A DNA stretch of 64,000 nucleotides, from positions 1 to 64,000 of IMG/VR virus record IMGVR_UViG_3300030376_007335. One strand, 5' to 3'. Positions within the stretch are counted from its first letter, which is position 1, and every line of letters begins with the position of its first letter. Origin of the DNA: an uncultured virus (IMG/VR IMGVR_UViG_3300030376_007335). Its lineage: Duplodnaviria; Heunggongvirae; Uroviricota; Caudoviricetes. The notes under the pieces are model-generated. The model did no database searches, had not been told where the DNA came from, and was given only the letters and a program-made list of their open reading frames with translations. This document shows, piece by piece, positions 9,134 through 17,228 of this stretch. Both the position numbers and the translations under genes were made by a program.

Positions 9134-11383
9134 ATGAGAGATAGTAATAGTAAATCTGAACTTGACTCTATTCTTAAGTCAGTAATAGAGCGTGATGGAA
9201 CTGGGCCAGCTGATACCATGCTGGTAAATGCCCATCTTTCCCAAATGAAAATGTTTGGGATACGTCAGGGAGTTGAGTTTTATCCACACCAAGATAATTT
9301 TGGAACACAACGTTTTGATTTTGTTCAGCAGGTTATTAAATTTAATAAGTTAGATGCTCGACTTGATTCAATTTGGGATAGATTTTTGGCCTATGGAAAA
9401 GGGTTATTTTATATAAGACCTACTAAAAAAACTTACAGAATTTACTGGTTTGATAAAGATTCTTATCGTAGTTACTATTCTCCAGAAGGTGAGTTAGAAG
9501 AAGTAATTATCATTTATCCTTACAAGGTTAGATCATCAAAAGGATTTAAAGGAGTTGGTTTAAGTACTAATAAACGTTATATGCGTTTACGTATAACTGC
9601 TGAAACTATTGAAGAATTTCATAGTGAACAGGAAATAAGTTTTGATCAAGATACTGTTAACTTTGCAACGTTTGATAAGAAGACTGTTGAAAATAGTATG
9701 CAGTTTATACCTTGCGTTGAGGTATTTAATAATCCTGATGCATTTGGTACTGATGGAGCTGGTGAATTTGAGTGGTTATCTAATCAAATAATTGCTCATG
9801 ATGAGATGGTCAAGAATATTAGAGCTAACCTATCATTCTTTGGTAATCCAACTCTTTTATCTTCTAGACCTAAGCAAGATATTATTGAAAATAATGATGA
9901 AGTTGTACAGCGTCCAAGTATATCTAGTCAATCAGGATTTACTTCAGACTTAGATTTATTCAGTTCTACTTATAAACAAGATCCAACTACTAGACAAAGA
10001 GCTGGTTACATAGGAAAACCAGGTAGTGGGATGAGAGTTCCTCGTGTTATTGCAAACTTAGAACCTTCAGATAGGGTTGGGTTTATTACTCCAAATGCAG
10101 TAAGTACTGATCAGGCAAGATACTCCGAACAATTAAGAAGTGAAATTCGTCTTGCGCTAGGGGGAATTGATGATTTAAGTATTACAAATGTAACTGCTAC
10201 TGAAATTAAATCTGCATATGGACGAGTTAGTGCAACTGCAAAGAAAAAATGCTTACAACTTTACACTTACGGCATATGTAAATGCTTTGAATTAATTATT
10301 TTCCAAGAAGAACAGATTTTCCGTAAATCATTAGCCTACGCTTCTGGTATTAAATATCCAGAACCTCCAGAAGATCCAGAGGATCCAAAAGCTGTTGAAA
10401 AGTATGAAAAACAGAAGGCTAAATATGAACAGAAACTTGAGGCTGCTATTGACTTAGCGGTTGAGACAAAGGAGATTCCAGACGGTGTTTTAGGTTTAGC
10501 TCCAGACGGGGATAGAACCGTTTTATGGCGCTGGATGGGACCTGTTTATGAAGATACTGCACAGGATAAATTAAACCAATCTATCTTCACACGAAACCTT
10601 CAAGAATTGGGTGTTGATAGTATAGAAGCACTGAAGTATTTATTCCCATCCAAAACGGATGATGAGATTGCCGGAATGCTTTCCGGTTTTCCATTCCGTA
10701 TGGTTGGGGAAGTACAGCGGGCTTATTCTTCATTCATTGATCTAATCAATCAAGAAATGAGGACTCCGCATCCGCAACAGCCTAATTTACCTATGGCAGC
10801 GGATCCGAGACTAGATCTCACCCCGTTTCTATACCGAACACTCGAATCATTACAGAAGGAAGTAACCTATGCAGGAAGCTACCGTAGCGCCGACCCAATC
10901 GGCACCCCAAGCATCCCAGACCCAGCCGACCAGCTACGTGGCTCCAGCAGCCCAAACAGCAGCTCAGGCTTCAACAGTCTCTACCAACCCACAATGGGTG
11001 GCGCCCTCCCAGCCGATGGCGGTACCAGCACCTCAAGTGCAAGCCCAGATGGGGGTACAGGCACCAATATCAGCCCCTACAGCGTACAGCCCCCAGGTAT
11101 CCCAGGCTCCCCAACAACAGGAGAATCCTTACAAGGACGCCTTCAACAGGGTAGTAGGTCTGCTGAGTTCTCCAGTCCAATTCCCGTTCCAGGGTCAACC
11201 ATCGACTCAGAGCCAAGGAATAGACCAGGCGAATTACGGTTCCCCACAAACGACCCAATACGCCAACCAGGTAGCGCCGACCTCTATGCCTGGGATCAAC
11301 AACAACCCGGCTTACTCGGACAACTCTTCCCTAACTTCGCAGGAAATAACAGCGGATCAGCTCCTCGCAAACGGAGTAAGTGA
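9134..11383 (+). CDS. Portal protein with long disordered C-terminal extension
   Basis: Position after TerL, size, FIPCVEVFNN motif; last ~171 codons overlap next ORF. Confidence 0.75.
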   Translation: MRDSNSKSELDSILKSVIERDGTGPADTMLVNAHLSQMKMFGIRQGVEFYPHQDNFGTQRFDFVQQVIKFNKLDARLDSIWDRFLAYGKGLFYIRPTKKTYRIYWFDKDSYRSYYSPEGELEEVIIIYPYKVRSSKGFKGVGLSTNKRYMRLRITAETIEEFHSEQEISFDQDTVNFATFDKKTVENSMQFIPCVEVFNNPDAFGTDGAGEFEWLSNQIIAHDEMVKNIRANLSFFGNPTLLSSRPKQDIIENNDEVVQRPSISSQSGFTSDLDLFSSTYKQDPTTRQRAGYIGKPGSGMRVPRVIANLEPSDRVGFITPNAVSTDQARYSEQLRSEIRLALGGIDDLSITNVTATEIKSAYGRVSATAKKKCLQLYTYGICKCFELIIFQEEQIFRKSLAYASGIKYPEPPEDPEDPKAVEKYEKQKAKYEQKLEAAIDLAVETKEIPDGVLGLAPDGDRTVLWRWMGPVYEDTAQDKLNQSIFTRNLQELGVDSIEALKYLFPSKTDDEIAGMLSGFPFRMVGEVQRAYSSFIDLINQEMRTPHPQQPNLPMAADPRLDLTPFLYRTLESLQKEVTYAGSYRSADPIGTPSIPDPADQLRGSSSPNSSSGFNSLYQPTMGGALPADGGTSTSSASPDGGTGTNISPYSVQPPGIPGSPTTGESLQGRLQQGSRSAEFSSPIPVPGSTIDSEPRNRPGELRFPTNDPIRQPGSADLYAWDQQQPGLLGQLFPNFAGNNSGSAPRKRSK

Positions 11384-11879
11384 AGAGAGTCTTCAGGTTA
11401 TTGACAATTTCGGCCCTGATGCACCAGCTGCACTTAATAAGTATGCTTGTGATATTGAAGACGCTTTAATTACAACTAACCAACAGTTAGGCGAAGCAGT
11501 AGGTTTATTAAAAGAGCTTTCAGCAGAACATAAAGCTTATGAGTCAATTCTGACTAATCCAGACGTTCTCGCAGATTATACTGTTGAGTTCTTTGGACAG
11601 AACGGACCATATCCAGTAAATAGTTCAAACGCTCCTCAGACACAGGTTGCTCAAGCACCTCGTCCAGTAGCTACAAATACTTCTGCTACTCAGGCTCCTG
11701 CTCCTCAGAGACCTGAAATGCCTGTTCCTCCACAGCCTCAAGCACAGGGAAATCCAACTGACTTCTGGAATAACTTCGGAAGCGCAGCTGATAGAGATCC
11801 ACAAAATGCTTGGCGTTATTTGAACGCTGCTCAGCAGAATCCTGAAGTCTTCCGTCAGAAGCTTCTTGTAATGGAGTAA
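10869..11879 (+). CDS. Capsid scaffolding-like protein, overprinted on portal 3' end
   Basis: Own SD-like AAGGAAG; P/Q/A-rich with coiled segments; lies between portal and MCP. Confidence 0.7.
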   Translation: MQEATVAPTQSAPQASQTQPTSYVAPAAQTAAQASTVSTNPQWVAPSQPMAVPAPQVQAQMGVQAPISAPTAYSPQVSQAPQQQENPYKDAFNRVVGLLSSPVQFPFQGQPSTQSQGIDQANYGSPQTTQYANQVAPTSMPGINNNPAYSDNSSLTSQEITADQLLANGVSEESLQVIDNFGPDAPAALNKYACDIEDALITTNQQLGEAVGLLKELSAEHKAYESILTNPDVLADYTVEFFGQNGPYPVNSSNAPQTQVAQAPRPVATNTSATQAPAPQRPEMPVPPQPQAQGNPTDFWNNFGSAADRDPQNAWRYLNAAQQNPEVFRQKLLVME

Positions 11880-11892
11880 AACTCTTAAATAA

Positions 11893-11918
11893 GGGGTAGG
11901 TTGTCTACCCCACTTTTT
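11893..11918 (+). terminator. Rho-independent terminator-like hairpin
   Basis: GGGGTAG-gttgt-CTACCCC followed by acTTTTT. Confidence 0.55.
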
Positions 11919-11924
11919 ATAAAC

Positions 11925-12341
11925 ATGGCAAAAAAGAAGAAAGTAAGAAAAAGGGCTGAAGAATTTATTGCCGCAATCGGTACTGCTGGGGGACCAATTG
12001 GCTCTCCAGGTTTAGTCGATTTTGGTGGTACAGACTTACAAGCTCAAATTTTTGCTGGTAATAGCGATCAATATGCTCCTATTCGAATGCGTCAAGGCGA
12101 TACAAGAATTGGCGATGCAGCTGCCATGCCTAGTGATTTAGATGCTTCTTATCTGAAGCTCAACTTACCTGGTTCTCCATTACCTAATAATGGTTTATTT
12201 GCAGCTAGTAATGTAGATCAAGCTGGTTTTTATCAAGATCAAATATTAGCTCAACAACAACAATTTAGAGATCAATTTGTAAATCCTGTGGGATATAGTC
12301 AACTACCCGTAGGTTACCCTCCTGCTGCACCTAAAAAATGA
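11925..12341 (+). CDS. Hypothetical protein (start moved to ATG 11925)
   Basis: Track start 11901 lies inside the hairpin; MAKKKKVRKRAEEFIAAIG. Confidence 0.6.
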   Translation: MAKKKKVRKRAEEFIAAIGTAGGPIGSPGLVDFGGTDLQAQIFAGNSDQYAPIRMRQGDTRIGDAAAMPSDLDASYLKLNLPGSPLPNNGLFAASNVDQAGFYQDQILAQQQQFRDQFVNPVGYSQLPVGYPPAAPKK

Positions 12342-12562
12342 ACGAAGCTAAAGCAAAAGAAGCTGTAGATAAAGCAGTTCAACACCAACAAATAGCGGCT
12401 CTTATGGCTGAACAAGAGCAAGTAAAGCAGCCTGACTTACAGCCAAAAGATGGATATATTAATCCTTACGGAAGAATAGGAACTGTACCTCCTACAACAT
12501 ATTCTGCTACAAACCAATTAGATGGAACGACTACTCAATCTGTAGTCGATCCTTGGACTTAA
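12338..12562 (+). CDS. Hypothetical protein
   Basis: ATGA overlap with upstream stop; 74 aa. Confidence 0.55.
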   Translation: MNEAKAKEAVDKAVQHQQIAALMAEQEQVKQPDLQPKDGYINPYGRIGTVPPTTYSATNQLDGTTTQSVVDPWT

Positions 12563-12695
12563 ATAAGTAGGTTTATTAAGTCATATTATAATTATTCTTA
12601 ATGGAATTTATTTTCCAGTCATAGAAAATTTTTGTCCCCTTTTTTAGGGGCTTTAGTTTTCCCGGTATCAGCAAAACTACGCTGAAATAACCAAA

Positions 12696-13841
12696 ATGTT
12701 TATTGATAACGATTTCCCGAAACTGCTGGGTGCGGAATTATACCGCCCTCATCCAGCGTATGTCGTGGAGATGGCATCAGAACCAGTCGTAGTACACGAC
12801 TTTACCAAGCAACCTGGTCAGACTGTTCAGTTAGACCGCTACAGGTTCTTTGGTAACCCTGGCACAAAGACAAACCGTGAGCGTACTCAGGATCAAACCA
12901 TAGGTACAGCTAACAGTAGGTCTATTGTCAAGGACAAAGTTCTGGTCTCCCTCCGTGAATACACAGGACCAGCAGATCCTAATAACGCAAATCTTCCTAG
13001 CACATTCAAGATTGCTAGAGAGACTTTGATGACAGCTCAGCGTCTACTGCTTGATACTGGGAACCTTAATATGTTCCACCAGTCAATCGGTTCGCTGACT
13101 TTACTTGACGACTATCGTCGTTGGCGTGACCGTGTCTTCCTAGACGAGCTATTCAAATCTGAATCTCGTGGTGCATCTTCTGATTCACAAGGTGGTTACT
13201 ACTATCCAAATGGAAAGACAAAGAGTGCTACTACAACTCTAAATGCATACAGTGCTACAGAATATGCTTCTGAGCGCTTTAAGTTTAATGTTAAAACTGA
13301 CCTCCTTGAGGTAGTTAAGAGTCTACGTAAGCGTCACGTTCCTGTCTTCGCAGACGGCTACTATCGTTGTATCGCTGACCCTTCATTCATGAAGGATCTT
13401 CGTGCCGATCAAGGCTTCCGTGAAGTTGCACGTTACCCAGGTATGGGTCAGCCTAACCCTCTTATGGGTTCTATGGCACCTAACCAAGCTATTTACTCAG
13501 GTGGTCAGTACGGACAAGCTCAGTTCGTAGCTGGTGAGCCTGTAATGCCTTCTGGGTTCGTGTTTGAAGGAGTAAGATTCTTCGAATCTACAAACTTCCC
13601 ATCTAAAACCATTACGGTCGATATTGGTGACGGTGGCGGTGCAGTTTCCAAAACAACTCCTGCAGGACTATTCTTCGGTCCACAGGCAATCGGTGTTGGT
13701 ATTGGTGGTCCAAATGCTCAAGTTCTTATTAACAATAATGACGACTTCAGCAGATTCATCATTCTCATATGGCAGCTATACGCTGGCTTTGCGAACTTGA
13801 ATAAGGACTTCATTACTACTGCCTTCACGATTTCTGAATAA
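12696..13841 (+). CDS. Major capsid protein (HK97 fold, N4-gp56-like)
   Basis: 381 aa; C/T-ending high-expression codon bias; PGQTVQLDRY, FEGVRFFEST, LFFGPQAIG motifs; position in head module. Confidence 0.85.
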   Translation: MFIDNDFPKLLGAELYRPHPAYVVEMASEPVVVHDFTKQPGQTVQLDRYRFFGNPGTKTNRERTQDQTIGTANSRSIVKDKVLVSLREYTGPADPNNANLPSTFKIARETLMTAQRLLLDTGNLNMFHQSIGSLTLLDDYRRWRDRVFLDELFKSESRGASSDSQGGYYYPNGKTKSATTTLNAYSATEYASERFKFNVKTDLLEVVKSLRKRHVPVFADGYYRCIADPSFMKDLRADQGFREVARYPGMGQPNPLMGSMAPNQAIYSGGQYGQAQFVAGEPVMPSGFVFEGVRFFESTNFPSKTITVDIGDGGGAVSKTTPAGLFFGPQAIGVGIGGPNAQVLINNNDDFSRFIILIWQLYAGFANLNKDFITTAFTISE

Positions 13842-13856
13842 GGAGGTAATTAACTA

Positions 13857-14678
13857 ATGGCTGCTTACAAAAACTATGCCGGTGCAATACTTGAGCCCGG
13901 TAATCAGATAAACAAGCTATCCGGCTTTAACCATGAAGGTGTATACGGATGGCCTGGAATAGAAGCATATGAGCTTATCGGATACCACAAAGTATCTAAT
14001 AAGACAGGTACAAAAGCCTCTCATAAGAGCTTCAATATCACTGTTCCTTCTCCTGACAGAAGGGAAGGTGATCGTGTTCGTAATGACCGCAGTAGCTTAG
14101 TCGTTCAGGCTAGTTCTGCTCGTCCTGCGTACGTCTATGGTGCTTCTGTAGCAATTGCTCAGGATATACCATCTGGAGGGGAGCCTTCTTTCCCTGCTTC
14201 TCCTGTTACTGCTGATCTTAAAGGCACAACAGGTGAGTTCATTTTCCTTGGTCCTGACAACAGTACTGCACCTTTTGGTGTTCCAGGTACTCAGGCTAAT
14301 GGTCTTGCTGCTGCTTCAGCTATCACAGCTGCTGCAAGTAGTTCTACATGGGCTCAGGGAACAGGCGGCAACACTGTTGCTAAGATTCCTTTCTGGACCG
14401 CTGTTACCACTGCTGGTATCGACGATCAGGATGCTGCGAACTCTATGTTGTATAAGGTAACTGCCAATACAACATTCAAAATCTACAACGTTAACGGTGT
14501 AACTTCTACAACTGTTGACGGTGACGGAGTCTACATTAGCGATGACGACTCAGATGCTGGACGCGCTGCATACATACTTGCTCGCGTTAACTATCTACGT
14601 GTCGCTGCTGATGTTTCTTGGAACGACGTTCAAGGATTCATTGACTTTGCTTCACAAGTAGGCGGTAACGACGAATAA
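13857..14678 (+). CDS. Abundant virion protein (capsid decoration/auxiliary)
   Basis: Strong SD AGGAGGT; directly after MCP and before a terminator. Confidence 0.6.
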   Translation: MAAYKNYAGAILEPGNQINKLSGFNHEGVYGWPGIEAYELIGYHKVSNKTGTKASHKSFNITVPSPDRREGDRVRNDRSSLVVQASSARPAYVYGASVAIAQDIPSGGEPSFPASPVTADLKGTTGEFIFLGPDNSTAPFGVPGTQANGLAAASAITAAASSSTWAQGTGGNTVAKIPFWTAVTTAGIDDQDAANSMLYKVTANTTFKIYNVNGVTSTTVDGDGVYISDDDSDAGRAAYILARVNYLRVAADVSWNDVQGFIDFASQVGGNDE

Positions 14679-14702
14679 ATATCTTTTTAGATTAAATGGA
14701 TT

Positions 14703-14727
14703 GGCGGGTTGTAATGACCCGCTTTTT
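14703..14727 (+). terminator. Rho-independent terminator
   Basis: GCGGGTT-gtaat-GACCCGC-TTTTT. Confidence 0.8.
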
Positions 14728-14779
14728 CATGTAGATTTAGAGGGTCTATTCTCCTATACAGACATTATTTATTCTCTTT

Positions 14780-15220
14780 ATGTTGTATCAGTACAAGCTA
14801 ACGGGTGGACTTGTAGAAGTCATATCTGAACATGGAGAAGGTATTCTGATGTGTGTTGATGCTTCTGATGAAGTTTTATATATCGATAAGGAAGAATTAA
14901 CTCCACATTTAGATGCTACAAATGAAAAGATACGAAATGAAGAACGCCTTACAGCAGATTTAAAAGCTGATGGAGTCAACCCAGCAAAACCAACAACTCG
15001 TGAAACTTTTCCAATAGATGTTCGTTTAAATATAAATACTGCTAGTGCTCGTCAAATTGCTGATGCGCTACCAGGAGTAGGTTTAAAAACTGCTAGAGAT
15101 ATTAAAGATTTACAGACTTCTAAATCAGGAGAAAAATTTCAAAGACTTGATCAATTAAAAGATATAAAGCGTGTTGATTGGGATGAGATATTTAAGGAGA
15201 ACTTAGTACGAGTAGACTGA
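14780..15220 (+). CDS. Helix-hairpin-helix (ComEA-like) DNA-binding protein
   Basis: LNINTASARQIADALPGVGLKTARDI...KFQRLDQLKDI. Confidence 0.75.
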   Translation: MLYQYKLTGGLVEVISEHGEGILMCVDASDEVLYIDKEELTPHLDATNEKIRNEERLTADLKADGVNPAKPTTRETFPIDVRLNINTASARQIADALPGVGLKTARDIKDLQTSKSGEKFQRLDQLKDIKRVDWDEIFKENLVRVD

Positions 15221-15245
15221 GCGTAGGCTCATATTGAAAAGTTGA

Positions 15246-15725
15246 ATGAAGCTCGATACCTTTTTACAATCAAAAATTCGTTGGCACTTAGGCTATAACT
15301 TAACTTCAGTACCAGCTGGTGACCAAGCTCGTCTTGAAGAAGCGATGAATAATATTCAAGATTCTTTTTGGTACGACAAAATTTCTGAGCAAATAAGTCG
15401 TTGTGATGAAGCAGAAAAGCGTACCGATATGACAGGCACGATGAATAATGACACAGTACCAAGAAACAGAATAGAAAGTATTGCTGGTGACGTTGACCGT
15501 ACAGTTGCAACTTCTGATTTTAAAGAAGTGTTGAAAACTTGGACTCAAATTTATATGTACGAATGTGATCGATTAGCACTTCATTTATATGTACCAAACT
15601 ATAGAAACCCTGAACAAGCAAGATACCGTTTTAATAGAGAAGGTGCAGAATTCATTCAGGCACTACCTGGACCTGCAGATGTTGCTGTGGGGACAAGATT
15701 AGTTCTTGAAAATAGTCATAGGTAA
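15246..15725 (+). CDS. Putative head-tail connector/adaptor
   Basis: 159 aa helical protein downstream of capsid genes (positional call). Confidence 0.45.
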   Translation: MKLDTFLQSKIRWHLGYNLTSVPAGDQARLEEAMNNIQDSFWYDKISEQISRCDEAEKRTDMTGTMNNDTVPRNRIESIAGDVDRTVATSDFKEVLKTWTQIYMYECDRLALHLYVPNYRNPEQARYRFNREGAEFIQALPGPADVAVGTRLVLENSHR

Positions 15726-15771
15726 ATACATTTCCCCCTGTTATTCTAGTTACTAAGACAGTTCAAATTTC

Positions 15772-16113
15772 ATGGCAATAACTTATTTTCAGGACACAAT
15801 ATTTACGGTTGATACAACCTTAACGGCACCTGGTTTAGGGACTCTTTTAAAAGTTGCTGAAAATAATTTGTTTGCCACAAAGGATTATACGTTGATAACA
15901 GTTGTTGCAAATATAAATACTAATGTAATTGTACGTTTAGATGGAAGTATTGATGGTACAAATTTTGCACCTATTATTTCAGATAAAACTATAACGGCTG
16001 ATGGACCACACTGCCACCATGTACGTATGCCAGTTAAATGGGTTCGCCCAAGATTTGTTAGTGAGAATGGTGGTACTGCTGCAGAAGTTACATTCAACAT
16101 AGCTGCGTTATAA
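15772..16113 (+). CDS. Small beta-rich virion protein
   Basis: VRLDGSIDGTNF and KWVRPRF jelly-roll-like pattern. Confidence 0.5.
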   Translation: MAITYFQDTIFTVDTTLTAPGLGTLLKVAENNLFATKDYTLITVVANINTNVIVRLDGSIDGTNFAPIISDKTITADGPHCHHVRMPVKWVRPRFVSENGGTAAEVTFNIAAL

Positions 16114-16114
16114 G

Positions 16115-16369
16115 ATGTCTATTAAGCCATCAACAAAGCTTGGCTATACTTTAGGTCTTAAGAGAGATCAAGATCCTAGAGGAGGGTATAGGAGGACTGG
16201 CGGTGAAAAATTTGCTAGAGGAAAAGAAGAGACTAGAATGGCTGGTACACGCTTAGATATATTTTCTATAGAGCCAGGAGAGCTTAAAACTCCTTATGCA
16301 AAGGGCTCACGTATTAGATCTCGTTTTCCTAGTGTATATCCAGAATGGGCTAAACTTGCTGATTCTTAA
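16115..16369 (+). CDS. Small basic hypothetical protein
   Basis: 84 aa ORF coupled to upstream gene. Confidence 0.5.
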   Translation: MSIKPSTKLGYTLGLKRDQDPRGGYRRTGGEKFARGKEETRMAGTRLDIFSIEPGELKTPYAKGSRIRSRFPSVYPEWAKLADS

Positions 16370-16425
16370 AAAGATGGTAAAAACTCTTCAGCTATAATAA
16401 TTCTAAGTCTTATTTGTAGATAAAA

Positions 16426-17220
16426 GTGTCAAGCAGTAGTTCAAACAAACAACCCTTAATGGTAGACCGCCCAGCTACTAGTTCAACTTTAGTAACTGTT
16501 GCTGCCGGACAATCATTTGAAACTAGTCTATTACCAACAGCTGTAGGTAATGCTACAAAGATATTTGATGCAGACTCTGCACTAACAGACACATCAATCA
16601 GTGGTGCTTATATAGATGATATTTGGTTTAGATATTCAAAAAACACTCTTAGATTTATTGATGCAGTAACTCCAGCAACTGGAACATATTCTGCTAATAG
16701 TACAACTTGTACTGTGACGGTAGCTGCTGGACATAATATAAAGAAAGGTGATCCAGTTTGGCTCGATTTCACTACTTATAGTTCAGGAACTGTTCCTATC
16801 GATAATGAGTTTACAGCTTTAGCAACTGGGCATACAGCAACAACATTCGAAGTAACTATTCCTTCTTTAGGAGGTACTATTACTGGTAACGTTAGTGTCT
16901 ATCGTCCTACCGACTTTTGTTTTTATTTAGTAAGTGTAGGTACCGTTACTAATGTTAACCAATTCTTCCCTTTATTTGTTGCTAATCTACCGTCTACTCC
17001 TGCTTATGAGACTTGTAGTTTATCAATGAAAGGGGTTCTTCCTTTTATCAATCACCCAACAATTCAAGCTGGTACTAATGTTAGTACTGCAAATAGTAAT
17101 ATTGCTTTAAAGAATAGAGGATTAATGTTAAAGAGAGGTCAAGCTTTATATTGTGCAGCTAGTGGAGCTACAGCTTTAACTAATGGTTTCTACTGTAATG
17201 TACAAGGTGGATACTATTAA
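16426..17220 (+). CDS. Virion structural protein
   Basis: T/S-rich beta repeat GTYSANSTTCTVTVAAGHNIKKGDPVWLDFT shared with next gene. Confidence 0.6.
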   Translation: MSSSSSNKQPLMVDRPATSSTLVTVAAGQSFETSLLPTAVGNATKIFDADSALTDTSISGAYIDDIWFRYSKNTLRFIDAVTPATGTYSANSTTCTVTVAAGHNIKKGDPVWLDFTTYSSGTVPIDNEFTALATGHTATTFEVTIPSLGGTITGNVSVYRPTDFCFYLVSVGTVTNVNQFFPLFVANLPSTPAYETCSLSMKGVLPFINHPTIQAGTNVSTANSNIALKNRGLMLKRGQALYCAASGATALTNGFYCNVQGGYY

Positions 17221-17228
17221 AAAGTATT

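Noticed and set aside
10869..11383. Portal/scaffold overlap as a simple sequencing frameshift
   Set aside because: The scaffold has its own SD and ATG, and codon usage shifts at the portal stop. An error is not fully excluded without reads.
14780..15220. psbU call for the HhH protein
   Set aside because: No signal peptide, and the LPGVG hairpin fits ComEA-type HhH better.
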